Source: an uncultured Gammaproteobacteria bacterium (GTDB lineage: Bacteria; Patescibacteriota; Patescibacteriia; Magasanikbacterales; UBA922). From it: DNA of 55,222 bases. A program made the translations under genes and the position numbers. The notes under the pieces were generated by a model. It saw nothing but the letters and a program-made list of their open reading frames with translations. It ran no database searches and was not told where the DNA came from. How positions within the stretch are numbered: the stretch's first letter is position 1; the number at the start of each line of letters is the position of its first letter. This document shows, piece by piece, positions 55,141-55,222 of the stretch. The stretch spans positions 1 through 55,222 of the forward strand of contig CAZRZS010000001.1 in NCBI GenBank assembly GCA_964604685.1. The letters are read 5' to 3'.

Positions 55141-55222
55141 GTAGATAACAATTTTTCTCTTTCAAAGCTCTTACTTTGATAAAAGCTCTCAAAGGGATGG
55201 CGCAAGAAAGTTACCGTGGAAA

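Overview
This is a 55.2-kb, AT-rich, densely packed bacterial window with about 60 CDS. Its content suggests a reduced CPR/Patescibacteria-type genome (inference): a short AlaRS, RpoA without an alpha-CTD, a tandem CxxC-x17-CxxC protein, PEGA and GtrA proteins, and many glycosyltransferases. I found no rRNA, tRNA, CRISPR array, transposase or integrase.

Core genes:
- def-fmt
- rpsI-rplM and infA-rpmJ-rpsM-rpsK-rpsD-rpoA-rplQ. rpmJ (16760-16897, minus strand) is missing from the ORF track.
- alaS, mnmA, murA, dnaB-ybaB-recR, rplU, mraZ-rsmH-ftsL, a beta-CASP RNase and corA.

About half the window is cell-envelope glycan and lipid genes:
- an O-antigen-ligase-like protein, a flippase, two GT4 and five GT2 glycosyltransferases (four of them in tandem)
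- rmlA-like, rfbB, an FdtA-like cupin and rfbD
- a WecA-like transferase and two CDP-alcohol phosphatidyltransferases
- two paralogous giant polytopic membrane proteins.

Most unusual observations:
1. The first 3.4 kb is a cassette-like hotspot. Three copies of a GC-rich mosaic element and an 85-nt direct repeat (the 3' end of a candidate structured RNA plus its terminator) bracket an NTF2-like/short DUF1846/Tmk module and a lone methyltransferase.
2. GC-rich double-hairpin repeat elements sit in frame inside fmt (90 nt, with an 8-nt flanking duplication) and inside mnmA. A third copy of the fmt-type element is intergenic. This resembles the palindromic elements found in Rickettsia coding genes.
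3. An Hsp100/ClpB-like ATPase carries an N-terminal DnaJ-type zinc finger, two TM helices and a degenerate first AAA+ module. It lies in an operon with membrane and envelope genes.
4. A single gene for a CDP-alcohol-transferase-like protein has clearly different base composition. It has its own promoter, RBS and terminator and is wedged between the paralogous membrane-protein genes.

All functional calls come from motif recognition by eye. No searches were run.
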